DNA of 64,000 bases from Squalus acanthias (Eukaryota): positions 1,426,001-1,490,000 of the forward strand of contig CM059432.1 of NCBI GenBank assembly GCA_030390025.1, written 5' to 3'. The position numbers and the translations under genes are program-made. Within the stretch, counting starts at the first letter, position 1. The number at the start of each line of letters is the position of its first letter. Under the pieces are notes generated by a model. That model was given only the letters and a program-made list of their open reading frames with translations, was not told the origin of the DNA and made no database searches. Below, one piece after another: positions 1 through 12,577 of this stretch.

Positions 1-850
1 TTCACAACAAGGACACATTCCATCGTGTCGTGTGGCACTACCACCGCGCGAAGTGGGATCAATTAGAAGATCGAGCAGCTCAAAACTGGCCATCCGCGAG
101 GCAATGTGGGCCATCAGCAACAGCGGCATTGTATTAACAATCTGTAACCTCGTGGCACTCCTCCAGCACCATCGACCCATATGACGAATCCTGGTTTAAT
201 CAAGAGTGTACCCTCGATTTTAAAATTCTCATCTGAGTTTTCGAAATCCCTCCATGGCCTCCCCCCTCCCTATCTCCGTAACCTCCTCCAGCCCTACAAC
301 CCTCAGATCTCTGCGCTCTTCCAATTCTGGCCTCTTGCGCATCCCTGATTTTCATCGCTCCGCCATTGGTGGCCGTGCCTTCAGCTGCCTGGGCTCCAAG
401 CTCTGGAATTCCCTCCCATAACCTCTCCGCCTCTCTTTCCTCCTTTAAGACGCTCCTTAAAACCGACCTCTTTGACTAAGCTTTTAGTCATCTGCCCTAA
501 TATCTCTGTGTGGCTCGGTGTCAAATTTTGTTTGATAACGCTCCTCTGAAGCACCTTGGGACGTTTTACTATGTTAAAGGTGCTATATAAATGCAAGTTG
601 TTGTTGTTGTGTGAAACAGCATGCTGGGAGCAGCTCGAGGCATGCCTGAAAATGAGATGCCAACCTGGTGAAGCTACAACACTGGGCTACATGCATGGTA
701 ACAGTGAAAGCCGCGTACTATAGACAGAGCTAAGCGATCCCGTAACCAACGGATTAAGTCAACGCTCTGCTATCCTGCTGCATCCAGTTGTGGATGGTGG
801 TCGGCAATGAAGCAACTATTGGGAGGAGGAGGCTCCTCGAACATCTTCAA
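1..850 (+). mobile_element. Degenerate Zenon-like LINE pieces (1-205, ~640-850) interrupted by an L2 3' end
   Basis: HRVVWHYHRAKWD and WWSAMKQLLGGGGSSNI-like sequence matching 4471-4977 in reverse. Confidence 0.65.
212..610 (+). mobile_element. L2 LINE 3' end
   Basis: DFKILI..KSLHGL.PPYL.NLLQPY..RSLRSS..GGRAFS..PKLWNS-type sequence ending aaatgcaag(ttg)n; homologous to 27103-27462 and 60520-61110. Confidence 0.8.
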
Positions 851-892
851 CCAGGAGGTAACAAGTGGATAATCCTTCTCATCTCCTGAGGT

Positions 893-2082
893 ATAAGAAC
901 ATAAGAAATAGGAGCAGGAGGCGGCCATTTGGCCCCTCGAGCTTGCTCCGCCATTCAATAAGATCATGGCTGATCTTCCACCTCAACTCCACTTTCCTAC
1001 ACTAACCCCATATCTCTCGATTCCCTTAATATCCAAAAATCTATCGATCTCTGTCTTGAATATACTCTGATTCACTCAGTGTAACTTTACCTGAAGAAGG
1101 GGCAGGATAGCTCCGAAAGCTTGTAATTTTAAATAAATCTGTTGGACTATAACCTGGTGTTGTGCGACTTCTCATTTTTGAATATACTCAGTGACTGAGC
1201 ATCCACAGCCCTCTGGGGTAGAGAATTCCAAAGATTCACCACCATCTGAGTGAAGAAATTTCTCCCCATCTCAGTCCTAAATGGTCAACCCCTTATTCCC
1301 AGCCTGGGGAAACATCCTCCCTGCATCTACCCAGTCAAGCCCTGTAAGAATTTTGTATGTTTCAATGAGATCACCTCTCATTCTTCTAAACTCTAGAGAA
1401 TATAGGCCTAGTCTACTCAATCTCTCCTCATAGGACAATCCCCCCCATCCCAGCAACCAGTCTGGTGAACCTTCGTTGCACTCCCTCTGTGGCAAGTATA
1501 TCCTTCCTTAGGTAAGGAGACCAAAACTGTACACAATACTCCAGGTGTGGTCGCACCAGGGCCCTATATAATTGCAGTAAGACGTCTTTACTCTTGTACT
1601 CAAATCCTCTTGTAATAAAGGCCAACATACCATTTGCTTTCCTAATTGCTTGCTGTACCTGCATGTTAACTTTCAGTGATTCGTGTACAATGAGACCCAG
1701 GTCCCTCTAAACACCAACATTTCCCAATCTCTTACCATTCAAAAATACTCTGCTTTTCTATTTTCCTACCAAAGTGGATAACTTCACATTTCTCCACATT
1801 ATATTCCATTTGCCATGTTCTTGCCCACTCACTTAGCCTCCTTGCATTCTCCTCACAACTTACATTCCCACCCAGCTTTGAATCAGCAGCAAACTTGGAT
1901 ATATTACATTTGGTCCCCTCATCCAAATCATTGATGTAGATTGTGAATAGCTGAGGCCCAAGCACTGATCCTTGCGGTACCCCACTAGTTACAGCCTGCC
2001 AATCCGAAAATGACCCGTTTATTCCTACTCTCTGTTTTCTGTCCATTAACCAATCCTTAATCTATGCTAGTATATTACCCCC
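893..2082 (-). mobile_element. 5'-truncated CR1 LINE
   Basis: ORF fragments 1732-2046, 1428-1664, 1277-1495 ([21 protein letters not shown]); CR1 3' stem-loop and ataagaac tail at ~893-970. Confidence 0.9.
1068..1177 (+). mobile_element. Penelope-like terminal-repeat fragment with a minimal hammerhead motif
   Basis: ttac-CTGAAGA-a-ggggc-aggata-gctcc-GAAA-gctt-gtaa (1087-1126); downstream sequence matches the arm at 39767-39854; flanked by 12-bp direct repeat ttgaatatactc (1056-1067, 1178-1189). Confidence 0.78.
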
Positions 2083-2346
2083 ATCCATCATCACAGATGC
2101 CATCATTCAGCCAATGTGAGTCACTCAATGCGACATCAAGAAATAAGTGAGCGCACCGGACACAGCAAGATCTACAGGCCACAACAACATCCCTCCTATA
2201 GTGCTAAGACCTGTGCTCCAGAACTAGCTGCTCCCCTCGCTAATCTGTTCCAGTACAGCTACAACACTGGTATTTAACTAACATTTCGGAACATTGTCCA
2301 GGTGTGTCCTGTCCACAAAAGGTAGGACAAATCCAACCCAGCCAAT

Positions 2347-5300
2347 TTTTTATTTTTTCATTTATTCGTTTCTGGGATGTGGGCGTCGCTGGCAAGGCCA
2401 GCATTTATTGCCCATCCCTAATTACCCTCGAGAAGGTGGTGGTGAGCCGCCGCCTTGAACCGCTGCAGTGGTGAAGGTGCACCCACAGTGCTGTTAGGGA
2501 GGGAGTTGCAGGATTTTGACCCAGCGACGATGAAGGAGCGGTGATATATTTCCAAGTCAGGATGGTGTGCAACTTGGAGGGGAACTTTCAGGTGGTGGTG
2601 TTCTCATGCGCCTGCTGCCCTTGTCCTTCTAGGTGGTAGAGGTGGCGGGTTTGGGAGGTGCTGCTGAAGAAGCCTTGGTGAGTTGCTGCAGTGCATTTTG
2701 TAGATGGTACACACTGCAGCCATGGTACACCGGTGGTGCAGGGAATGACTGTCTACTCGGAGCTCCGACATGGCAAGAGAGCCCCAGGTGGGCAGAGGAA
2801 ACGCTTCAAGAACACCCTCAAAGCCTCCTTGAAAAAGTGCAACACCCCCACCAGCACCTGGGAATCCCTCGCCCAAGACCGCACAAAGTGGAGGAGAAGC
2901 ATCCGGGATGGCGCCGAACACCTCGAGTCTCTTCGCCGGGAGCAAGCGGAAGCCAAGCGCAAACAGTGGAAGGAGCGCACGTCAACCCAAGCACCCCACC
3001 CACCCGCCCCTTCAACCACCGTCTGCCCCACCTGTGACAGAGACTGTAGGTCCCGCATTGGACTCAGCAGCCACCTGAGAACTAATTTTTAATGTGGAAG
3101 CAAGTCATCCTCGGTTCCAAGGGACTGCCTAAGAAGACGATGACTGTTTAAGGTGGTGGATGGGGTGCCAATCAAGCGGGCTGTTCTGTCCTGGATGGTG
3201 TCGAGCTTCTTGAGTGTTGTTGGAGCTGCACTCATCCAGGCACGAGGAGAGTATTCCATCACACTCCTGACTTGTGCCTTGTAGATGGTGGAAAGACTTT
3301 GGGGGGGGGTCAGGAGGTGAGACTCTCGCCGTAGAATACCCAGCCTCTGACCTGCTCTTGTAGCCACAGTATTTATGTGGCTGGTCCAGTTAAGATTTCT
3401 GGTCAATGGTGACCCCCAGGATGTTGATGGTGGGGGATTCGGTGATGGTGGTAATGCCATTGAATGTCAAGGGGCGGTGAATATACTCTCGCTTGTTGGA
3501 GATAGTCATTTCCTGGCACTTGTGTGGCGCGAATGTTACTTGCCACTTATCAGCCCAAGCCTGAATGTCATCCAGGTCTTGCTGCATGCGGGCATGGACT
3601 GCTTCATTATCTGAGGAGTTGCGAATGGAACTGAACACTGTGCAATCATCAGCGAACATCCCCATTTCTGACCTTATGATGGAGGGAAGGTCATTGATGA
3701 AGCAGCTGAAGATGGTTGGGTCTAGGACACTGCCCTGAGGAACTCCGGCAGCGATGTCCTGGGGCTGAGAGGATTGACCTCCAACAACCACAACCATCTT
3801 CCTTTGTGCTAGGTATGACTCCAGCCAGTGGAGAGTTTTCCCCGATTCCCATTGCCTTCAATTTTACTGGAGCTCCTTGATGCCACACTTGGTCAAATGC
3901 TGCCTTGATGTCAAGGGCAGTCACTCTCACCTCATCTCTGGAATTGAGCTCTTTTGTCCATGTTTGGACCAAGGCTGTAATGAGGTCTGGAGCCGAGTGG
4001 TCCTGGTGGAACCCAAACTGAGCATCAGTGAGCAGATTATTGGTGAGTAAGTGCTGCTTGATAGCAATGTTGATGACACCTTCCATCACTTTGCTGATGA
4101 TTGAGAGTAGACTGATGGGGCGGTAATTGGTTGGATTGGATTTGTCCTGCTTTTTGTGGACAGGACATACCTGGGCAGTTTTCCACATTGTCGGGTAGAT
4201 GCCAGTGTTGCAGCTGTACTGGAACAGCTTGGCTAGTTCTGGAGCACAAGTCTTCAGCACGATAGCTGGGATGCTGTCGGGGCCCACAGCCTTTGCTGTA
4301 TCCAGTGCGCTCAGCTGTTTCTTGATATCACGTGGAGTGAATTGAACTGGCTGAAGACTGGCTTCTGTGATGGTGGGGACCTCAGGAGGAGGCTAATATG
4401 GATTATTCACTCGGCATTTCTTGCTTAAGATGGTTGCAAATACTACAGCCTTGTCTTTTGCACTCGTGTGCTAGGCTCCACCATCATTGAGGATGGGGAT
4501 ATTCCTGGAGCCTCCTCCTCCAGTTAGTTGTTTAATTGTCCACCACCATTCACGACTGGATGTGGCAGGACTGCAGAACTTTGATCTGTTCCGTTGATTG
4601 TTGGACCGCTTAGCCCTGTCTATAGCATGCTGCTTCCGCTGTTTAGCATGCATGTAGTCTTGTGTTGCAGCTTCCAGGTTGGCACCTCATTTTTAGGTAT
4701 GCCTGGTTCTGCTACTGGCATGCTCTTCTGCACTCCTCATTGAACCAGGGTTGGTCCTCTGGCTTGATGGTAATGGTAGAGTGATTATATGCCGAGCCAT
4801 CAGTTTACAGATTGTGGTGGAATATAATTCTGCTGCTGCTGATGGCCCACAGCGCCTCATGGATGCCCAGTTTTGAACTGCTAGATCTGTTCTGAATCTA
4901 TCCCATTTAGCACGGTGGTAGTGCCACACAACACGATGGAGGGTGGCCTCAGTGCGAAGATGAGATTTCATCTCCACAAGGACTGTGCGGTGGTCACTGC
5001 TACCAATGCTGTCTTGGACAGATGCATCTGCGACAGGTAGATTGTGAGGACGAGGTCAAGTAGGTTTTTCCCTCGTGTCTTCTCTCACCACCTGTCGCAG
5101 TCCTAGTCTGGCAGCTATGTCTTTCAGGACTCGGCCAGCTCGGTCAGTAGTAGTGCTACCGAGTTACTCTTGGTGATGGACATTGAAGTCCCCAACCCAG
5201 AGTACATTCTGTGCCCTTGCTACCCTCAGTGCTTCTTCAACATGGAGGAGTACTGACTCATCAGCTGGGGGAGGGCGGTAGGTGGTAATCAGCTGGAGGT

Positions 5301-5984
5301 TTCCTTGCCCGTGCTTGACCTGAAGCCATGAGACTTCATGGAGTCCAGAGTCAATGTTGAGGACTCCCAGGGCCACTCCCTCCCACTGTGCCGCCACCTC
5401 TGGTGGGTCTGTCCTGCCGGTGGGACAGGACATACCCGGGGATGGTGATGGAGGAATCTGGGACATTGGCTGAAAGGTATGATTCTGTGAGCATGACTGT
5501 CAGGCTGTTGCTTGACTAGTCTGTGGGACAGCTCTCCCAATTTTGACAAGTCCCCAGATGTTGGTGAGGAGGACTTTGCAGGGTCAACTGGGTTGGGTGT
5601 GCCATTGTCGTGTCCGAAGTTGGCGCCGAGGTCGATGTCGGGTGGTCCATCCGGTTTTATTCTTATTATTGTTTTTTGTAGCGGTTAAGTACAACTGAGT
5701 GTCTTGCTTGGCCATTTCAGAGGGCAGTTAAGAGTCAACCACATTGCTGTGGGTCTGGAGTCACATATAGGCCAGACCGGGTAAGGGCGGCAGATTTCCT
5801 TCCCTAAAGGACATTAGTGAACCAGATGGGTTTTTACGACAATCCGGTAGTTTCATGGTTACCATTACTGATACTAGCTTTTTTATTCCAGATTAATTGA
5901 ATTAACTGAATTTAAATTCCCCAGCTGCCGTGGTGGGATTTGAACTCACATCTCTGGATCATTAGTCCTGGTCTCTGGATTACT
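2347..5984 (-). mobile_element. Near full-length single-ORF CR1-group (Zenon-like) LINE, disrupted, with tRNA-like 5' head
   Basis: Colinear fragments: EN (YRPP, VGDFNVHHQE, ~5164-5549), RT (GPDSIP, YRPISLLS, LDIKAAFD, GVPQGSVL, FADD, 3390-4287), C-terminus (YKAQVRSVMEYS, LHHRCTMAAVC), A-rich tail near 2347. No room for an ORF1. Clade name from recall. Confidence 0.85.
2753..3139 (+). mobile_element. RTE-clade (BovB-like) LINE 3' fragment nested in the Zenon-like LINE
   Basis: YSELRHGKRAPGGQRKRFKNTLK...DRTKWR...CPTCDRDCRSRIGLSSHLRT; TSD atgactgt at 2745-2752 and 3140-3147. Confidence 0.85.
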
Positions 5985-6103
5985 GCCTTATCAGCCTACA
6001 ATCATCAGCAAAGTGATGGAAGGAGTTGTCAACAGTGCTATCAAGGAGCACTTAATTACCAATAACCTGCTCGCCGATGCTCAGTTTGGGTTCTGCCAGA
6101 ATC

Positions 6104-6380
6104 ACGCAGCAGCCAGTTTGCGCACAGCAAGCTCCCACAAATATCAATGAGATAAATGGGCAAACTGTTAAGAGTGGTGCAGGTTGAGGAATAATTATCG
6201 GCCAGGTCACCGAGAGATCTTCCCCGATCTTCTTTCATCTGAAAGACAACATTTTCCGACAATGTAGTACGGCACTGGAGTGTCAGATGAGGTTAAATGC
6301 TCAAACTCTGGAGTGGGCTTGAACCCATAACCACCTGACTCAGAGGTGTGCACCACCAACTGAGCCACAGCTGACACTCA
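6104..6380 (-). mobile_element. Degenerate DeuSINE (SacSINE1-like)
   Basis: Homologous to 10597-11066 in reverse, including the tRNA-like head with B-box. Confidence 0.65.
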
Positions 6381-6748
6381 AGGCTGACACTTAGAGATGA
6401 CTCAAATACTGTAATAGGAACACAGGAACAGAAGGAGGCCATTCAGCCCCTCGAGCCCGTTCCGTCATTCAATTAGATCATGGCGAATCTGTACCTTAAC
6501 TCCATTTAGCCGCCTTGGTTCCATAACCCTAGATACCCTTACACGATACAGAACATGCTGTTTATATATTGCGCATTAGTTTTCAAACTAATACGATTCA
6601 CAGACCATAGATTTAATTTTTAAAAAGGATTATTTCAAATACAATTGCAATCTAAAGTGTTGATTTGACACTGACATCATCGCTGGGTCAAAATCCTAGA
6701 ACTCCCTCCCTATCAGCACTGTGGGAGTACCTTCACCACACGGACTGC

Positions 6749-7621
6749 TGTTAGAAATCAGGGGCGTTCAAAATGTATATGGTTTTGCGGATAAAACTGT
6801 GACGCGAGTAATGCTGTATTTACATGATTGTATTAGAACTGGAGACAAAAGGTCTCTTCAGACTAGTATTAGAATAATTAGATAGATGCTTAGAATCTGC
6901 TTATGTTGTGGTTCCCTGCGGATGTTCTAACATTTTGCACTGTGACGGTCACATACGACCTTGTTTCCAGGCTAGCTATCTGCTGTTTATGTGCTAGGAA
7001 GGTTGTTTTCTTCCATGACTGCTAGTAACCATATTATAATGCAATGTTAGGATTTTGACTGTGTTTAACAAAACTGCTTTAAAATGCGTTAAGTTAACCA
7101 GTGTATGAGAATAGAATAGAAGATATCTTTGGGAATTTAATGATTCATTCCATGGTACAATAGTCTGATAACGAAATCGTTAGTTAAAGCTGCATGAACA
7201 GCATGAACATAAATAACTGATAACAAGCAGTTACGAACATCTGATGGCCGAGAATGGCGTGTCCGACTCCAAACTAGGGAGGATAGAGACAAGAGCAGAT
7301 AAGACACGAATTCCAAAGGAAGAACCTTCAGAAAGATTAAACAAGACAAATTGGATGAAGTAATGAGACCCCCTTTTGGGGAGGGCTTTCATCCAAGAAC
7401 AAAGACAAAGAACTTGAGGTGCCACTGGGTGAGGAGGTTTTAGAGGAACCTCTATAGGGTAAATGGTCTTGTCAATAATTTGGCCTCAGGCCCACCCCTA
7501 AAAAGAGAATAAAAGTGACACCCCGAGTGCTTGCCCACACAGACGGTGGAGGGGAGAGCCGAGCAGAAGTTGGGCTGGTCGAACGCTCTTTTGAGAGTGA
7601 TCCTATGCTCACCAAATCGAA

Positions 7622-7655
<34 letters not shown>

Positions 7656-7843
7656 TCTTCACGCACGCCAGCCGTCTGTCCGATCAGCTGCTTGTCATGG
7701 TCGTATGTTTTTGCTGTATAACTAGCAGGTTATATTCCGTCTTAAACTCTGATTAAACACAATATACCCACCATATTGGTTTGCAGTCGATCCTGATTAT
7801 TTGAAAGACTAGAGATAAGCTACTAATTGGCCAAATCTCTACA
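6749..7843 (+). mobile_element. Solo LTR, 1095 bp (ERV or Gypsy type)
   Basis: TG...CA ends with imperfect inverted termini (tgttagaaat / atctctaca), 4-bp TSD ctgc (6745-6748, 7844-7847), cleanly interrupting a LINE tail. AATAAA-like motif at ~7508 and ATTAAA at ~7752. Strand is tentative. Confidence 0.82.
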
Positions 7844-9095
7844 CTGCAGCGGCTCACCCCACCACCTTTTCAAGGCCAACTAGGGATGGGCAATAAATGC
7901 TGGCATTGCCAGCGACGCCCACATCCCATGAACGAATAAAACAAAAACTATACGTTAGTAAAAAGAGCAAAAACTCAAATTGTACGAGTTAAATCATATA
8001 TTGAGTTAACTCAAATTGTGTAACAAATATATAGCAAAAGCATTTTGGTACCGAGTTGATTTTACTGCATTTTATTGTACAAAATTTATTTAAGCTTATA
8101 AATCTAAATTAGAATTTGTTACAATATACACAAATAAATAGGGTGAATATTAAACAACGATCCTCAGGAGAGCTGTCCTGCTAATGCACGAGAATTGTCA
8201 TCACATCACCTGTATTATTTATATAGCATTGACACTGCACATCGGTCTCAGTTTCATTTTCAGATTGTACTTCAACGCAGTCAGTTTCAAATTACAGATA
8301 TTCCAGAGAGATCGGGTTTCCATTTTTTCCTTGTTACTATGCCAGATAGTCTCAATATCTGAAGGTCTGCAAAGCAAGGCGATCAAACCACGGGTTCCCC
8401 TTTGATTTGGAGCAATTCATTTTAAGGTAATTGCACGGACCTAAAAGAAAATGATCTGAGCAATAAAAGTACTGAAGAGTTTAAACTGCCCCCTTCTCAC
8501 TGCTTCCTCACACACCTGCTAGCTTTGCAAAAATGCCCAGCGGAGACTTAAAACAAAACTTACTCATTGAGGGGGCTGGGTTTCCAACAGCCCACTTTGG
8601 GACTGGACCTGTGTTTCTCAACAGATCTCCAGCGCTTGGTCACGAGTTACCAAAGTGCATTCATCAAAAAAAACTTTCACCAAAAAGCTTTCCCCGTTCT
8701 CCGATTCAAATTAGAAAGGGGAACAATTAATTCTCCAAAACTGGGTGCTGCTGTCGGCTCCATTTCTGCATATCGCTGAACTGGACTGTGGGGAAGCATC
8801 ATCTCGAGAACATGACATATTCGAAGATAGATTGAAGACATAACCGACCTTTAAGAGCCTCCACCCAACCCTAAACACACTCAGTCATTTCACCTCCAAG
8901 ATGCTTTCAAACCGACCTTGAAAATTCTAAACGTGGTTAATCCACTAAGTTCTATGGCTTAAACTTTCAATTTTTTTTTTGACAAAATAAATACACAGAT
9001 TTTAAAATTTGCAGTTTTTGTATTCAATTGCTGTAAATCTCTAATACTAATCTTTCCCCATTCTTCCTCCAATTTTCTCTCATTAGATACTCTGT

Positions 9096-9655
9096 CATAG
9101 AATCACAGAATGGTTACAGCGCAGAAGGAGGCCATCCGGCCCGTGCCGGCTCTCTGCAAGAGCACTTCAGCTAGTCCCACTCCCCTGCCCTATCCTGTAG
9201 ACCTGCAAAAAAATTTCCTTCAGGTACCTGTCCAATTCCCTTTTGAAAGCCACGATTGAATCTGCCTCCACCACCCTCTCAGGCAGTGCATTCCAGATCA
9301 TAACCACTCGCTGAGTAAAAAAGTTTTTCCTCATGTCGCCTTTGGTTCTTCTGCCAATCACCTTAAATCTGTGTCCTCTGGTTCTCGACCCTTCCGCCAA
9401 TGGGAACAGTTTCTCTCTATCTACTCTGTCCAGACCCCTCATGATTTTCAACACCTCCATCAAATCTCCTCTCAGCCTTCTCTGCTCTAAAGGAGAACAA
9501 CCCCAGCTTCTCCAGTCTAGCCACGTAACTGAAGTCCCTCATCCCTGGAACCATTCTCGTAAATCTTTTCTGCACCCTCTCCAAGGCCTTCACATCCTTC
9601 CTAAAGTGCGGTGCCCAGAATTGGATACAATACTCCAGCTGAGGCCGAACCAGTG
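9096..9655 (-). mobile_element. CR1 LINE 3' fragment
   Basis: ORF 9167-9463 (TRGHRFK, FFTQRVV.IWNALP) plus 3' UTR and tail. Confidence 0.85.
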
Positions 9656-10596
9656 GTGGACACAGTCCCGCAGGTGCTGGCAGCTCTTCAGTACTTCAGC
9701 CAGCTAACCAAGCCTTCATAAGTGAGCCTCAACAACGAGCATCGTAGGATATTCAACAGGTGTTGCACCACACCCAGTCTAGTCCTGCCTTCGCCCAATC
9801 CGTACTTTCCTGCATGCATCACTAGGCTGCCTTTAAGAGCTGGAATCCTGGCTGGTTGTCCCCTCCCTACTCTGTAGGTACAGAGATCTACACTAATGCT
9901 GCAATTGCTACCCCTGGCAGAGGCTAAATTTTACTAAGCAGAATTGAAGGACTGCCTTAATTTGTTTACATCTTAATTTATATTATACTTTTAAAATCAC
10001 ATCTTGGAAGAAAAGCCTTGCTGCAATTTTCAAAGTTGAAATGGATTCTGAAAATAATTCTGAAAATTTCTAACAGAGAATCGAGCTTTGCAGCAACGTA
10101 ATTTTATTTGCCTTGAAAACCCACAGTGCACTCTCAGCTCAGCAGAGTACTCAAGAGAACATTGAGAATGTTGATATTCCCCAGTGCTATGAAGTGTAAA
10201 CACTAAACCTGGCTGAAACAGTTGAAGTTTCTTCAAGTACAGCAGTATATTATATCTATGTTTTAGTTACAGATCACGGAATTCAGATATTTTGTGGTAT
10301 TACTGTGCTCTCCACATCATTAGTCGGAACCCTAGCATCAATGCATTCACTAAAAAAAAATTGGCCTTTAGATGTAGTATAATGAACACAAGAATTAGGA
10401 GCAGGAGACGGCCATACAGCCCCTCGAGCCTGCTCCGCCATTCAATAAGATCATGGCTGAACTTTTACAACTCCACTTTCCCACCCGATCCCCATATCCC
10501 TCAATTCCCCGAGAGTCCAAAAATCTATCGATCTCAGTCTTGAATATACTCAATTCCAAAGATTCACAACCCTCTGAGTGAAGACATTTCTCATCT

Positions 10597-11066
10597 CAGT
10601 GGCTCAGTGGGCAGCACCACTTGCCTCTGAGTCAGAAGGTTGTGGGTTCAAGTCCCACTCCAGGGTCATGAGCACATAAAGCTAGGCTGACACTCCCAGT
10701 GCAGTGCTGAGGGAGCGCCGCACTGTCGGAGGTGCCGTCTTTCGGATGAGATGTTAAACCGAGGCCCTGTCTGTCCTCTCAGGTGGACGTAAAAGATCCC
10801 ATGGCCACTATTTCGAAGAAGAGCAGGGGAGTTTTCCCCGGTGTCCTGGCAATATTTATCCCTCAATCAACATCACTGAAACAGATTATCTGGTCATTAT
10901 CACATTGCTGTTTGTGGGAGCTTGCTGCGCGCAAATTGGCTGCCGCATTTCCCACATTACAACAGTGACTCCACTTCAAAAAGTACTTCATTGGCTATAA
11001 AGCGCTTTGAGACGTCAGTGGTCGTGAAAGACGCTGACAGAAATGCAAGTCTTTCTTTCTTCTTTC
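10597..11066 (+). mobile_element. tRNA-derived DeuSINE (SacSINE1-like), inserted in a CR1 3' fragment (~10385-11100, minus)
   Basis: A-box tggctcagtgg, B-box ggttcaagtcc, Deu-like core (ggaggtgccgtctttcggatgag...aaagatcccatggc), tail aaatgcaagtcttt shared with the L2 3' ends. Confidence 0.82.
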
Positions 11067-11589
11067 TAAACGGCCGACCCCTTATCCTGAGACGATGCCT
11101 CCACATTCTTGTGGCAGGCAGCCAAACCTATCTTGATGAGGCCCATAATGTAGAATTGGAAATTTTTAAGAAAAGCATTTTTCCAGATTAAACATGCCCC
11201 ATTAAGATGGAATAGGCACCACTAGAGGAAGCTCTAGATACCTAAATAAAAAGGTATGGTACACAAAGTTCAATTCGATCGTGGCTAAAAATATTTGCAT
11301 TGAGTTTTGCCACTGAAACAAATACCATGAGCAAGTACGAGGAGATAAAACAACTTGCATTTATATAGCACCTTTAATATAGTTAAACATCCCAAGGAGC
11401 TTCACAGCTACAAGAGTAGGCATTATTGCTGGTACAACAGTGCCATAAGTTGGAGGCAGCCGCCTCCATTATTCACCTGTTCTATGTCTGTTAAATGTTG
11501 GTTTCTTCCTAACATCTCACATTAATATCATTGCTGCCATTTAACCATCTCTTGATTTCCTTTTAAGCATTTTACTTCCTCACTCGCAC

Positions 11590-11760
11590 ATTTCCCTCCC
11601 CCCCCCCCCTTTTGTTCTCTCCATTTTTAAATCCTGCTCATCTGTAATTTTTTCCCCCCAGTTCTGATAAAAGGCTGCACCTGAAACGTCAACTTGCCTG
11701 TTCTCTTCTTGGATGCCGACTAACCTGCCAAGTGTATCCAGCACTTCTGTTTTTGTTTAA
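11590..11760 (+). mobile_element. Degenerate Penelope-like terminal repeat with decayed hammerhead core
   Basis: cagttctgataaaaggctgcacctgaaacgtcaact followed by sequence homologous to 41905-42045. Confidence 0.55.
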
Positions 11761-12054
11761 AACCACCTACTTTCGAACCTATTGAAATATGTTGTGGTCT
11801 TCACGAGGTTGATGCCCACGTGGTACCGTTACCTATGGGTCAGCTACAACAAATCTCCCTGAACACACAAATACAGGATAGAGTGGGAATTCAAAAAAAG
11901 AGCATTGGGGAAATCGGAGTTTGGTAGACCTTTTGGACAATGCATCAGATTATTTGGTCAGTGCCTTCCATTAAATATTCTTCCCGATAGATCTCTCTCC
12001 CCCTTTAGCTTTAGGGAAAAATATCAAATGGAGATTGTCCAATCCCATCCTGAC

Positions 12055-12381
12055 TTTTATTTTTTTATTCGTTCCTGGGATGTGGACGTTGCTGACAAGG
12101 CCGGCATTTATTGCCCTCCCTAATTGCCCCTTGAGAAGGTGGCGGTGAGCCGCCTTCGTGAACCGCTGCAGTCCGTGTGCTGAAGGTTCTCCCACAGTGC
12201 GGTCAGGGAGGGAGTCCCAGGATTTTGACCCAGCGACGATGAAGGAACGGCCGATATGTTTCCAGGTCAGGATGGTGTGTGACTTGGAGGGGAACTTGGA
12301 GGTGGTGGTGTTCCCATGCGCCTGCTGCCCTTGTCCTTCTAGGTGGCAGAGGTCGCAGGTTTGGGAGGTGCTGCCGAAGAA
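12055..12381 (-). mobile_element. Zenon-like LINE 3' fragment
   Basis: Matches 2347-2670. Other 3' fragments lie at 15008-15640 (+), 24884-25198 (+) and 6675-7947 (+, split by the LTR). Confidence 0.82.
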
Positions 12382-12577
12382 ATTGTTACACACAAGGGCC
12401 ACTGGTAAAAACAGTTTTGGCTCCCTCCTTATTCTGAGAGTGACTATGGATATAAAACTGTAATTAGTGCAGATGAACGCTGCACCTCCTGAAGGCCTAC
12501 TGGATTCTAGCCCTCCCTACTCAACACTGATATTTATCTCATAATCTAGGTTAACATTTCAGTCCGGTACTGAGGGA

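Larger units (their letters stand above)
2086..6100 (+). mobile_element. Older copy of the Zenon-like LINE (2086-2346 and ~5980-6100) split by the antisense copy
   Basis: Reading KSNPAN|YCLISL joins across the insertion; degenerate RT region. Confidence 0.72.

Noticed and set aside
8795..8815. Minus-strand ATG TTC TCG AGA (MFSR) as the next OSBPL1A exon
   Set aside because: Followed immediately by TGA, with no TSLPSP or IWSILRKCIG context; the next exon is probably left of the window.
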